Shown: piece by piece, positions 18,120 through 26,853 of the stretch
Position numbering within the stretch: position 1 is the stretch's first letter
How the letters are laid out: each line of letters begins with the position of its first letter
From: Actinomycetota bacterium
Lineage (GTDB): Bacteria; Actinomycetota; Acidimicrobiia; Acidimicrobiales; JAJPHE01
Length of the DNA stretch: 64,000 bases
Assembly (NCBI GenBank): GCA_027315345.1
Contig: DAHUYE010000082.1
Span: forward strand, 39,919-103,918
Direction of reading: 5' to 3'
Position numbers and translations under genes: made by a program
Notes under the pieces: model-generated
Told to the model about the DNA's origin: nothing
Database searches by the model: none
The model's input: only the letters and a program-made list of their open reading frames with translations

Positions 18120-19438
18120 CGGACGAGATACCCCGCCCGCGCTCCGCCCCCCCGAGGCGGCCCACGCCGGCCTGGGTGCTGCGTTCGACCCGCCGGACCC
18201 TGGCCGATCCCCGGACGGTGGGGGTGGCCCAGGCCCTGCCTCGGACGGCCGCCTTCCTGGTCGGCCAGTGGCGCCACCGTGACCAGCGGGCCGAGGCGGG
18301 TGACACCGCCGGCGGGGTGGGCGAAACGCTGGGCCTGGCCGCCCAGGTGCTGCTGGATGAGGTGGTCATCTCGGCCATGCGGAATCCCAAGCTGTATCCG
18401 CACGGGGACGACTACGAGAGGGCCGGCGCCGATATCGCCGCCGCCCGGGCCATGTGGGAGGCGGAGGGCTGGCTGGCCGAGCCCGAGCGCTACCACACCG
18501 ACCCCGGCCTCCCGGCCGACGCCAGCGTCTATTCCGAGCGGGCGATGGGCCAGCGCTACGAGCGGCTGTGCTTCCAGAGCCTGTACTCACCCCGGGAGGG
18601 GGAACCGGGCCGGGACCGGTGGCTGGCCCACGGCCCCAACCGCACCGCCCACGCCTACGTCAGCCGGCACCCCGGCGCCCCCCGCCCCTGGCTGGTGTGC
18701 ATCCACGGCTTCGGCATGGGCCGGGCCCAGATGGACCTGCGGGCTTTCCGGGTCCAGCATCTCCACCAACAGCTGGGGATGAACCTGCTCCTGCCCGTGC
18801 TTCCCCTGCACGGGCCCAGGCAGGAGCCGGGCACCGACCGGGGCGAGGGACTGATGAGCATCAACCTCATCGACAGCCTCCACGGCATGGCCCAGGCCGC
18901 CTCCGACGTGCGGGCCGCCATTCGCTGGATTCAGCACGCCCAGCCGGGGGCGCCCATCGGCGTCTACGGAATCTCCCTGGGCGGATACGTCACCGCCCTG
19001 ACCGCGTCCCTGGAATCCGACCTGGCCTGCGCCATAGCCGGGATCCCGGCGGTGGACATGCCCGATCTGTTCCGCCGCCACAGCCCGCCCCACGTCAAGC
19101 GCCGGTCCATCGAATCCGGGGCGCTGGGGCCGGCCACCGATGAGGTCATGTCGGTGGTGAGCCCCCTGGCCCTGACGCCCAAGGTGAAGGAGGGACGGCG
19201 TTACGTCTTTGCCGGGACCGGAGACCGGCTGTCCAGTTCGCAACAGGCCCGCCGGCTGTGGGAGCACTGGGGCCGGGGCCCGGTGGCATGGTACCCGGGC
19301 GGCCACATCGGCTTCTTCTGGACCGGGCGGGTCAGCCGCTTTTTGGATCAGGCCTTTTACGACTCGGGGCTGACTTCCGAGCCCCCGCCGCCTTCGCCGG
19401 CCGATTCGGCGCCGCCACCCCCTGCACCGCCGCAGTGA
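18116..19438 (+). CDS. Alpha/beta hydrolase fold protein with Pro-rich C-terminal tail
   Basis: WLVCIHGFGMG and VYGISLGGYV (GxSxG). GTG at 18116 overlaps the ACAD stop (GTGA). Confidence 0.75.
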   Translation: MTDEIPRPRSAPPRRPTPAWVLRSTRRTLADPRTVGVAQALPRTAAFLVGQWRHRDQRAEAGDTAGGVGETLGLAAQVLLDEVVISAMRNPKLYPHGDDYERAGADIAAARAMWEAEGWLAEPERYHTDPGLPADASVYSERAMGQRYERLCFQSLYSPREGEPGRDRWLAHGPNRTAHAYVSRHPGAPRPWLVCIHGFGMGRAQMDLRAFRVQHLHQQLGMNLLLPVLPLHGPRQEPGTDRGEGLMSINLIDSLHGMAQAASDVRAAIRWIQHAQPGAPIGVYGISLGGYVTALTASLESDLACAIAGIPAVDMPDLFRRHSPPHVKRRSIESGALGPATDEVMSVVSPLALTPKVKEGRRYVFAGTGDRLSSSQQARRLWEHWGRGPVAWYPGGHIGFFWTGRVSRFLDQAFYDSGLTSEPPPPSPADSAPPPPAPPQ

Positions 19439-20810
19439 GCTCGGCCAGGGCGTCGGCCACGTAGCCGGCCATGACGGAGAGGTCGGGGATTAGCTCGCGG
19501 CAGGAGACGAAGCCGAAGCCCACCGAGTCCATGTAGCTGAGCACGGTGACGTTGAGGCCCATGCCGTCCAGGATCGGCCCGAGGGGGAAGAGCGAGATCA
19601 GCTGCCCGCCGGCCAGGTAGAGAGGGACGGGCGGCCCGGGCACGTTGGAGACGAGGAAGTTGAGGGCCGGCGGCATCCGGTCGGCCAGCGAGGACTCCGA
19701 GTACAACCGCATGGCCAGTCCGAACAGCCGGGGCCCGGCAAACTCGGTCCAATTGGTCAGGCTGTCGGCTCCCACCGCCTTGAACTCCTCTTTGGCGTCC
19801 TTGGTGGCCTCGTGGATGCTCATGAGCCGCTCGATCGGATCATCCATCTCGGTGGCCAGGGCCACGAACATGGCCGAGATCAGATTGCCGAAGCCGGCCA
19901 CGTCGTCCTCTCCCCGCACCGACACCGGCACCCCGGCTATCAGGGGTCGGTCGGGCAAGGCGTCATGGTCGATGAGCCAGCGCCGGACGGCGCCGCCGCA
20001 CACGGCCAGGATGACGTCGTTGACGGTGGTGCCGAAGGCGTCCTTGACGGCGCGGACCTCGGCCAGGCTGACCGAAATGAGCGCCACCCGCCGGTGCGGG
20101 GTGATGGAACCGTTGAAGGGTGTGGCCGGGGCCGTGAACGGCGTGGCCATCGACTCCCGGTGGGGGACGAGACGCCGGCCCACCAGCTCCACCGCCGCCT
20201 TGGCCGTGCCGGCCAGGGCCCTGGGCAGGAGCAGAGGCCGCTGGATCCGGGACCACAGCCCGTAGCCCAGCAGTTCCAGTTCGGTGGGCGCCTTCTCGGC
20301 TGGGCGCTCGGGGATTTCCACCGGGGCCGGGTCGGCCTCCAGGTCGAAGAGGTGCATCATCAGGTTGGCCCCCGACACCCCGTCGATGGTGGCGTGGTGC
20401 ATCTTGGCCACCAGCCCGACGTAGCCGTGCTCCAGCCCTTCAACGAACCACATCTCCCACAGGGGCCGGCGCCGGTCCAGAGGCCAGCCGGCTATCTGGC
20501 CGGCCAGTTCGGCCAACTCGTCCGGTCCCCCCGGCGCCGGGATCCCGATCCGATGAATATGGGCGTCGAGGTCGAACCCGTCGTCCTCCACCCAGACCGG
20601 GTGGGCGATGCGCAGTGGCACATCCACCAGCTTGCGGGTGAAGGCCGGATTGAGGGGAAGGCGCGTCTTCATGAAGTCGCGCATGGCCTCGAAGGAGTAG
20701 CCGGCCTTCATGGTGGACGGGTCGAACACGAGCACGCCGCTCATGTGGAACTGGTTGCTGGGCGTCTCTATGTAGAGGAAGGTGGCGTCCATGCCACTGA
20801 GGCGTTCCAT
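19332..20810 (-). CDS. Wax ester synthase/diacylglycerol acyltransferase (WS/DGAT) family
   Basis: MERLSGMDATFLYIE N-terminus and the catalytic HHATIDGVSG (HHxxxDG). ATG at 20810. Confidence 0.85.
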   Translation of the reverse strand: MERLSGMDATFLYIETPSNQFHMSGVLVFDPSTMKAGYSFEAMRDFMKTRLPLNPAFTRKLVDVPLRIAHPVWVEDDGFDLDAHIHRIGIPAPGGPDELAELAGQIAGWPLDRRRPLWEMWFVEGLEHGYVGLVAKMHHATIDGVSGANLMMHLFDLEADPAPVEIPERPAEKAPTELELLGYGLWSRIQRPLLLPRALAGTAKAAVELVGRRLVPHRESMATPFTAPATPFNGSITPHRRVALISVSLAEVRAVKDAFGTTVNDVILAVCGGAVRRWLIDHDALPDRPLIAGVPVSVRGEDDVAGFGNLISAMFVALATEMDDPIERLMSIHEATKDAKEEFKAVGADSLTNWTEFAGPRLFGLAMRLYSESSLADRMPPALNFLVSNVPGPPVPLYLAGGQLISLFPLGPILDGMGLNVTVLSYMDSVGFGFVSCRELIPDLSVMAGYVADALAELTAAVQGVAAPNRPAKAAGARKSAPSRKRPDPKSG

Positions 20811-20826
20811 CCGATAACCCGCGGCC

Positions 20827-21729
20827 TCAGACGATCCCGAAGTCGGGTATGCCGGTGGGCCGGCCGGCAAAGAGATGGTCCTGGTGCTGGATCAGTCCCT
20901 CCACCGTCCAGCGCTGCGCGCCCCGCAGAGAGCCGGCCTCGCTGAAGCCGGCCACCCAGTGCACGTTCCCACCGGTGACCACGAAGACCTGGCCGCTGAT
21001 GCCGGCCGCGGCCGGACTGGCCAGCCAGCCCACGGCCGGGGCGACGTTGTCGGGATGCCAGTCGTCGAAGGCACCCTCGGAGGCCACCAGACCGCCCAGC
21101 ACCGCCTCGGTCATCCGGGTGCGGGCCCGGGGGGCGACGGCATTGACGGTGACTCCGAGGCGCTCGAGCTCCCGAGCCAGCGTCAGGGTCATGGAGACGA
21201 TGCCGCCCTTGGCCGAGGCGTAGTTGGACTGGCCCACCGTGCCCCACAGGCCGGCCTCGCTGGTGGTGTTGATGATGCGACCGTAGACGGCTTCGCCGGC
21301 CTTGGCCCGGGCCCGCCAGTGGGCGGCGGCGAACTTGGCCGGGGCGAAGTGGCCCTTCAGGTGCACCCGGATGACGGCGTCGAAGGCTTCTTCATCCATG
21401 TTGAAGGACATGGCGTCGCGCAGGAAGCCGGCGTTGTTGACCAGGATGTCCAGGCCGCCGAAGGCCTCCACGGCCGTGTCGATCAGGTGCCTGGCGCCGT
21501 CGAAGCTGGCCACGTCGTCCCCGTTGGCCACCGCCTTGCCCCCGGCCGCCTCGATCTCATCCACCACGGCCTGGGCCACGGACACGTCCGTACCGCCGCC
21601 TTCAGCGGTTGTGCCGAGGTCGTTGACCACCACCCGGGCGCCTTCGGCGGCCAGGAGCAGGGCTTCGCCCCGTCCTATGCCCCGACCGGCCCCGGTCACG
21701 ATGGCGACCTTCCCGTCCAAGTGTCCCAC
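20827..21729 (-). CDS. SDR family oxidoreductase, MFE-2/Hsd4-like 3-hydroxyacyl-CoA dehydrogenase type
   Basis: KVAIVTGAGRGIGRG, ILVNNAGFLRD, YASAKGG. 300 aa with a C-terminal extension typical of this SDR subgroup. The subgroup assignment is from memory. Confidence 0.8.
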   Translation of the reverse strand: MGHLDGKVAIVTGAGRGIGRGEALLLAAEGARVVVNDLGTTAEGGGTDVSVAQAVVDEIEAAGGKAVANGDDVASFDGARHLIDTAVEAFGGLDILVNNAGFLRDAMSFNMDEEAFDAVIRVHLKGHFAPAKFAAAHWRARAKAGEAVYGRIINTTSEAGLWGTVGQSNYASAKGGIVSMTLTLARELERLGVTVNAVAPRARTRMTEAVLGGLVASEGAFDDWHPDNVAPAVGWLASPAAAGISGQVFVVTGGNVHWVAGFSEAGSLRGAQRWTVEGLIQHQDHLFAGRPTGIPDFGIV

Positions 21730-21874
21730 CGGACCTCCTTGGGCGGCAGGCTGTCAGGGCCGCCCCCGGCCGGGCAAACCGGTGAGACGCCCGGGGGCGA
21801 CTTCACTGTGAGTGGGTGGCGACGGTACGCTTCCGCTCCCGTTTCACGGCGGGTGTGAAGGGGGAGTACTCGAG

Positions 21875-23446
21875 TTGGTGAGCCGCACGGGCGGATCTGG
21901 AGGGGTCAGCCGGTCCGCAGTGGCGGGTTCGGTCGTCATCGTCATGGGTCTGGTGGTCTCGGCCTGCGGGGCCCGGGTGGCCCCCTACCTGGGCGCCGGC
22001 CAGGGCGTCCAGGCCGGCTCGGGCGGGGCGGCGGTCGGTTCCGGGACGGGCTCGGCCGGCGGCTCGGGGGGTTCTTCCTCGGGAGGATCGGCCGGCGCCG
22101 TCGACGCCACGCCCGGGGGCGGGGCCGGCTCCGTCTCCGGGTCGGGCTCCTCGTCCTCCGGTTCCTCCTCGTCCGGGTCTTCCGGCGGAGGGACGGCTTC
22201 GGCCGCCGGCACTACGGGCGGCGTGGCCGCCCTCACCCCGGACAACTTCGTGTACCAGCCGGCCCAGCAGGCCGCCTATTGCCAGGGGACGGCCGGTAAC
22301 ACCGCATCGGCGCCGGGGATCACCCCCACCACCATCACCCTGGGCAACGTCAGCGGCATCACCGGGGTGCTGGCCAACAACTTCGGTCAGGGTCCCCAGG
22401 CCGTCCAGGCCCTGTTCTCGGCCGTCAACGCCGCCGGCGGCATCTGCGGGCGCCAACTCAAGCTGTTGGTGGAGGACGACGGCCAGGACGCCGGCCACAA
22501 CGCCTCGGACATCGCCGATGAAATCCCCAAGGTGTTCGCCTTCGTGGGGTCCACCTCCGACGCCGACAACGGCGGGGTGCAGGAGATGCAGAACGCTGGC
22601 ACCCCGGACTTCGGCGCCGCCATCAACCCCAACCGCGGCGTCTCCCCCGTCTACTGGTCACCCAACGGCGCCACCGTCTTCACCCAGAACGGTCATCCGT
22701 ACATCTACAACACCCTGGCCAACGGACTGAAGCAGGCCGGCAACTTTCCGACCAAGGTGGCCCTGCTGGCCTACAGCGTGCCCATCAGCGCCTCGGCCGC
22801 CCAGGAGTTCCAGAACATGTTCTCCCAGTCTGGGGCCTCGGTCTGCTTCACCGACTACAGCATCTCCCCGGCGTCGACCTCACTCGACCAGGACGTGCTG
22901 GAGATGAAGAGCAAGGGCTGCAACGGCGTATTCACCACGCTCGACGTCACGGGCAACGCCAAGTTGCTGCAGGCCATCAACCGTCAGGCCTGGAAGCCGA
23001 CCTTCGCCGGCACCACCTTCGACGGCTACACGCCCGCCCTCATCTCCGTCGCCGGGTCGTCCAATGCCCAGGGCTTCGAGATGAACCTGCCCTTCCTCCC
23101 CTTCAACGACAACAACCCCATCGTCAACCAGTACGAGTCCCAGCTGTCCACTTACGAGCCGGGCCAGTCGCCCAGCGGCTTCGGCATCGAGGCCTGGGCC
23201 TCGGGACAGATGTTCCTCTACGCCCTGATCAAGGCCGGGCGCAACCCCACCCGGACCAGCCTCACCAACGTGCTCAATGCCATCCAGACCTGGGACACGG
23301 GCGGGGCGACGGTGCCCATCACCCCCAAGTTGAGGCACCCGGCCGGGCCCTGCACCATGGCGGTGGCCATCAAGGGCAACGACTTCGTCCGGGTCTGGCC
23401 GGCCAGCGGCTTCTACTGCAACGGCACGTTCATCCGGGTCGGCTGA
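21875..23446 (+). CDS. ABC transporter substrate-binding lipoprotein, Liv/branched-chain amino acid (type I PBP) family
   Basis: Signal peptide with lipobox LVVSAC, a ~90-aa Gly/Ser-rich linker, then a LivK-like body. TTG 21875 or GTG 21878 follows GAAGGGGGAG. Confidence 0.75.
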   Translation: MVSRTGGSGGVSRSAVAGSVVIVMGLVVSACGARVAPYLGAGQGVQAGSGGAAVGSGTGSAGGSGGSSSGGSAGAVDATPGGGAGSVSGSGSSSSGSSSSGSSGGGTASAAGTTGGVAALTPDNFVYQPAQQAAYCQGTAGNTASAPGITPTTITLGNVSGITGVLANNFGQGPQAVQALFSAVNAAGGICGRQLKLLVEDDGQDAGHNASDIADEIPKVFAFVGSTSDADNGGVQEMQNAGTPDFGAAINPNRGVSPVYWSPNGATVFTQNGHPYIYNTLANGLKQAGNFPTKVALLAYSVPISASAAQEFQNMFSQSGASVCFTDYSISPASTSLDQDVLEMKSKGCNGVFTTLDVTGNAKLLQAINRQAWKPTFAGTTFDGYTPALISVAGSSNAQGFEMNLPFLPFNDNNPIVNQYESQLSTYEPGQSPSGFGIEAWASGQMFLYALIKAGRNPTRTSLTNVLNAIQTWDTGGATVPITPKLRHPAGPCTMAVAIKGNDFVRVWPASGFYCNGTFIRVG

Positions 23447-23452
23447 GCGGTC

Positions 23453-25408
23453 GTGAGCGGTCTCTGGCCCTTCCTGGTCATAGGTCTGTTCAGCGGCAGC
23501 ATCTACGCCCTGGCCTCCATGGGCATCGTGCTCACCTACAAGACCTCCGGGGTGTTCAACTTCGCCTACGGCGGCATCGCCATGTTCTGCGGCTTCACCT
23601 TCTGGCAGCTGCGGGATGGGTGGCACATCAGTTCCTGGCTGTCCTTGCCCCTGTTGCTGCTGGTGGTGGCCCCGGTCATGGGGCTGGCGGCCGAGTACCT
23701 GTTCCGGGCCGTGATCACCCTCTCGGCCGAGATCCAGATCGTGATCGCCCTGGCCGTGCTGGCCTTCCTGCAGGCTCTCGTCCCCATCTTCTACGGCGGC
23801 AGCGAACGGTCGCTCAACAGCATCTTTCCCACCTCCACCTTCCGGCTGGGTTCGAGCCTGCACGTGAGCTGGACCCAGCTGTTCACCCTCCTTCTGGCCG
23901 TGGCCGCCGCCCTGGCCCTGTCCGGGCTGCTGTCGCGCACCCGGCTGGGCCTGGCCACCCGGGCGGTGGTGGACAACCGGGACCTGGCCGAACTCAACGG
24001 GGTCAGCAGCGACGGCGTCTCCCGGCTGGCCTGGGTCATCTCCACCGTCTTCGCCGCCCTGGCCGGCGTGCTGCTCAGCTCGACCGTCGGTCTGGACACC
24101 TACTCGCTGGTCCTGTTCTTCATCTACGCCTTCGCCCCGGCTGTGCTGGCCAAGCTGGTCAACCTCCCGGCCGCCTTCGGGTGGGCGCTGGGCCTGGGCG
24201 TGCTCCAGAGCGTCCTGCAGAAGTACGGCAGCTCCGGCAATGTGGCCGATTTCGAGTCCGCCCTTCCCTACCTCGCCCTCTTCGGCGCCCTGGTCTTTTA
24301 CGGAAACGCCCTCAAGGAGATCCGCTCCTCCTTCCGCACCATCACCGTGTCAGCTCCCAACCGGGACCCCCGCCGCTTTGCCGGCTCGGTGGCGGCGGTG
24401 GTGATCGGGCTGGCCATCCTCCCCCTGCTCATCCACGGCTCGGCCCTCGGTGACGTCAGCACGGCCCTCATCTACGCCGCCATCGCCCTGACCCTGGTGG
24501 TGCTGACCGGCTGGGCCGGCCAGATTTCCCTGGCCCAGTTCAGCTTCGTGGGCATCGGCGCCTTCACCGCCGGCCACCTGGCCGGGGCCGGGGGCAAGGG
24601 CTTCCTGTGGGCGGCGGTGGTGGGGGCCCTCATAGCCGTGCCCTTCGGCATCGCCGTGGGGCTGCCGTCCCTGCGCCTGTCCGGCCTGTTCCTGGCCCTG
24701 GCCACCATGGCCTTCGCCCTGATCATGGACACGCTGGTCTTCCCCCGCAACTGGGTCAGCGGCGGCTACACCGGCACCACCGTCGCGCGTCCGGACATCT
24801 TCGGGATCCGCTTCACCGGGACGCTGTCGTTCTACTGGCTCTCAGCCATCCTCCTGGGTGCCTACGCCCTGGGGGCGTCCCTGCTCAACCGGGGCCCGGT
24901 GGGCCGGCGTCTGCAGATGATGCGGGACGCCCCCCTCGGGGCGTCGACCTTCGGGGTGAACCTGACCCTGACCAAGCTGGCCGTGTTCGCCGGCTGTGGG
25001 GCGGCGGCCGCCTTTGCCGGGGCCTTTTACGGGGCCATGCGCCTGACCGTGGACCCCAACGACTTCGCCTTTGGCGCCTCGCTGGAGTTGCTTCTGCTGG
25101 TGGTGCTGGGGGGCCGGGCCCTGGTCCCCGGCGGCATGGTGGCCGGGGGCATCTATCTGATGCAGCTGCTGCCCCTGTCCAGCACGGTGGAGAGTTACAT
25201 CCCTCTGGGGGTGGCGGTGGGCGCCGTGGCCCTGGCCCAGTATCCGGAGGGACCGACCACCCGAAGTGCCGAGTACATGCGCTACTTCTCGGCCCTGTTC
25301 CGCCGCCGGCCGTTGCGGGAGCTGACCGACGGCCGGCTGGTCCCCATCGTCTTCTCCTCCCGCCGCCGCATCACCTCCGAGCCCGCCGAGGTGGCCGATG
25401 CCCGCTGA
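23453..25408 (+). CDS. Fused LivH-LivM type ABC transporter permease
   Basis: 651 aa. The N-terminal half is LivH-like (IYALASMGIVLTYKTSGVFNFAYG) and the C-terminal half is LivM-like (LTGWAGQISLAQFSFVGIGAF). Many TM segments. Confidence 0.8.
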   Translation: MSGLWPFLVIGLFSGSIYALASMGIVLTYKTSGVFNFAYGGIAMFCGFTFWQLRDGWHISSWLSLPLLLLVVAPVMGLAAEYLFRAVITLSAEIQIVIALAVLAFLQALVPIFYGGSERSLNSIFPTSTFRLGSSLHVSWTQLFTLLLAVAAALALSGLLSRTRLGLATRAVVDNRDLAELNGVSSDGVSRLAWVISTVFAALAGVLLSSTVGLDTYSLVLFFIYAFAPAVLAKLVNLPAAFGWALGLGVLQSVLQKYGSSGNVADFESALPYLALFGALVFYGNALKEIRSSFRTITVSAPNRDPRRFAGSVAAVVIGLAILPLLIHGSALGDVSTALIYAAIALTLVVLTGWAGQISLAQFSFVGIGAFTAGHLAGAGGKGFLWAAVVGALIAVPFGIAVGLPSLRLSGLFLALATMAFALIMDTLVFPRNWVSGGYTGTTVARPDIFGIRFTGTLSFYWLSAILLGAYALGASLLNRGPVGRRLQMMRDAPLGASTFGVNLTLTKLAVFAGCGAAAAFAGAFYGAMRLTVDPNDFAFGASLELLLLVVLGGRALVPGGMVAGGIYLMQLLPLSSTVESYIPLGVAVGAVALAQYPEGPTTRSAEYMRYFSALFRRRPLRELTDGRLVPIVFSSRRRITSEPAEVADAR

Positions 25409-26159
25409 GGACCCGCTCCTCTCCGTCCGGGAGGTCACCGTCCACTTCGGTGGCGTGACGGCCCTGTCGCGTGTCGACCTGGAGGTGAATCGGGGCACCA
25501 TCACCGGGCTGATCGGGCCCAACGGGGCCGGTAAGACGACGCTGTTCAACGTCATCACCGGGCTGGTCACGCCCCGTTCGGGCCGGGTGCGCTTCGACGG
25601 CACCGACATCACCGGCTGGCCCCGGCACCGCCGGGGCCGGGCCGGCATCGCCCGCACCTTCCAGCGCCTGGAGCTGTTCGGGGGCCTGACCGTGCATGAC
25701 AACCTTCTGGCCGCCTGGGAGGCCTCCGTGCCCGGAGCCGTGCTGGGCATGAGACGCGGGGAGGGCCGGCGGGTCGTGGACGAGGTCATCGAGAAGCTGG
25801 GCCTGGGCGAACTGGCCGGCCGGGTGGCCGGACAGCTCTCCACCGGGCAGGGCCGGTTGGTGGAACTGGGGAGGGCCCTGGCCGCCCGGCCCCGCATCCT
25901 CCTGCTGGACGAACCCAGCTCCGGACTGGACCAGGCCGAGACCGAGCACTTCCGGGACCTGCTGCTGGGGGCGGTGGGCCGGGAGAGTGGGGAGCCGGCC
26001 GTGCTCCTGGTCGAACACGACGTCGCCCTGGTCATGGAGATCTGCGACCGCATCACCGTCCTGGACTTCGGCCAGCGCATAGCCGAAGGACTTCCGGCCG
26101 AGGTCCGCAGCGACCCCCGCGTGGTGGCGGCCTACCTGGGGGACAGCGATGCCGCCTGA
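25398..26159 (+). CDS. ABC transporter ATP-binding protein (LivG-like)
   Basis: Walker A GLIGPNGAGKTT, signature LSTGQGRLVELGRAL, Walker B LLLDEPSSGL. Confidence 0.9.
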   Translation: MPAEDPLLSVREVTVHFGGVTALSRVDLEVNRGTITGLIGPNGAGKTTLFNVITGLVTPRSGRVRFDGTDITGWPRHRRGRAGIARTFQRLELFGGLTVHDNLLAAWEASVPGAVLGMRRGEGRRVVDEVIEKLGLGELAGRVAGQLSTGQGRLVELGRALAARPRILLLDEPSSGLDQAETEHFRDLLLGAVGRESGEPAVLLVEHDVALVMEICDRITVLDFGQRIAEGLPAEVRSDPRVVAAYLGDSDAA

Positions 26160-26853
26160 AGCCCTTCTCAACGTGGATCAGCTGACCGTCTCCTACGGGG
26201 GGCTGCGGGCGGTATCGGGCGTTTCCCTGCTGGTGCCGGAGGGGGCGGTGGTGGCTCTGCTCGGCGCCAACGGGGCCGGGAAGACCACGACCCTGCGGGC
26301 CATATCGGGGCTGGTGAAGCCCTCGGGGGGCAGGATCGAACTGGCCGGCCGGCGCATCGACGGGCGCAAGCCCAGCCAGATCGCCCGCCTCGGCCTGCTC
26401 CAGGTCCCGGAGGGCCGGGGAATCTTTCCCAGCCTGACGGTGCGGGCCAACCTGAGCATGGCCAGCTACGTCACCAAGAGAGGCGACGTCGAGGACGAGG
26501 CGGTGGCGCGCTTTCCTGCCCTGGGGGACCGGCTCGACCAGCTGGCCGGCACCCTCTCCGGGGGTGAGCAGCAGATGCTGGCGCTGGCCCGGGCCCTTCT
26601 GGCCCAGCCCCGGCTATTGCTCCTGGACGAGATTTCCATGGGCCTGGCCCCTCTGATCGTGGCCAAGCTGTTCGAGGAGGTTCGGGCCATGGCCGCCTCC
26701 GGCACCAGCGTCCTCCTAGTCGAGCAGTACGTGAGCGCCGCCCTGGAGATGGCCGACTATGCCTATGTGCTCGACAAGGGCAGAGTGGTCGACGTCGGTG
26801 AACCGGCCGATCTGCGCTCCGACGGCGTGCTGACGTCGTACCTGGGGGCGTGA
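26149..26853 (+). CDS. ABC transporter ATP-binding protein (LivF-like)
   Basis: Walker A ALLGANGAGKTT, signature LSGGEQQMLALARAL, Walker B LLLDEISMGL. Confidence 0.9.
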   Translation: MPPEALLNVDQLTVSYGGLRAVSGVSLLVPEGAVVALLGANGAGKTTTLRAISGLVKPSGGRIELAGRRIDGRKPSQIARLGLLQVPEGRGIFPSLTVRANLSMASYVTKRGDVEDEAVARFPALGDRLDQLAGTLSGGEQQMLALARALLAQPRLLLLDEISMGLAPLIVAKLFEEVRAMAASGTSVLLVEQYVSAALEMADYAYVLDKGRVVDVGEPADLRSDGVLTSYLGA

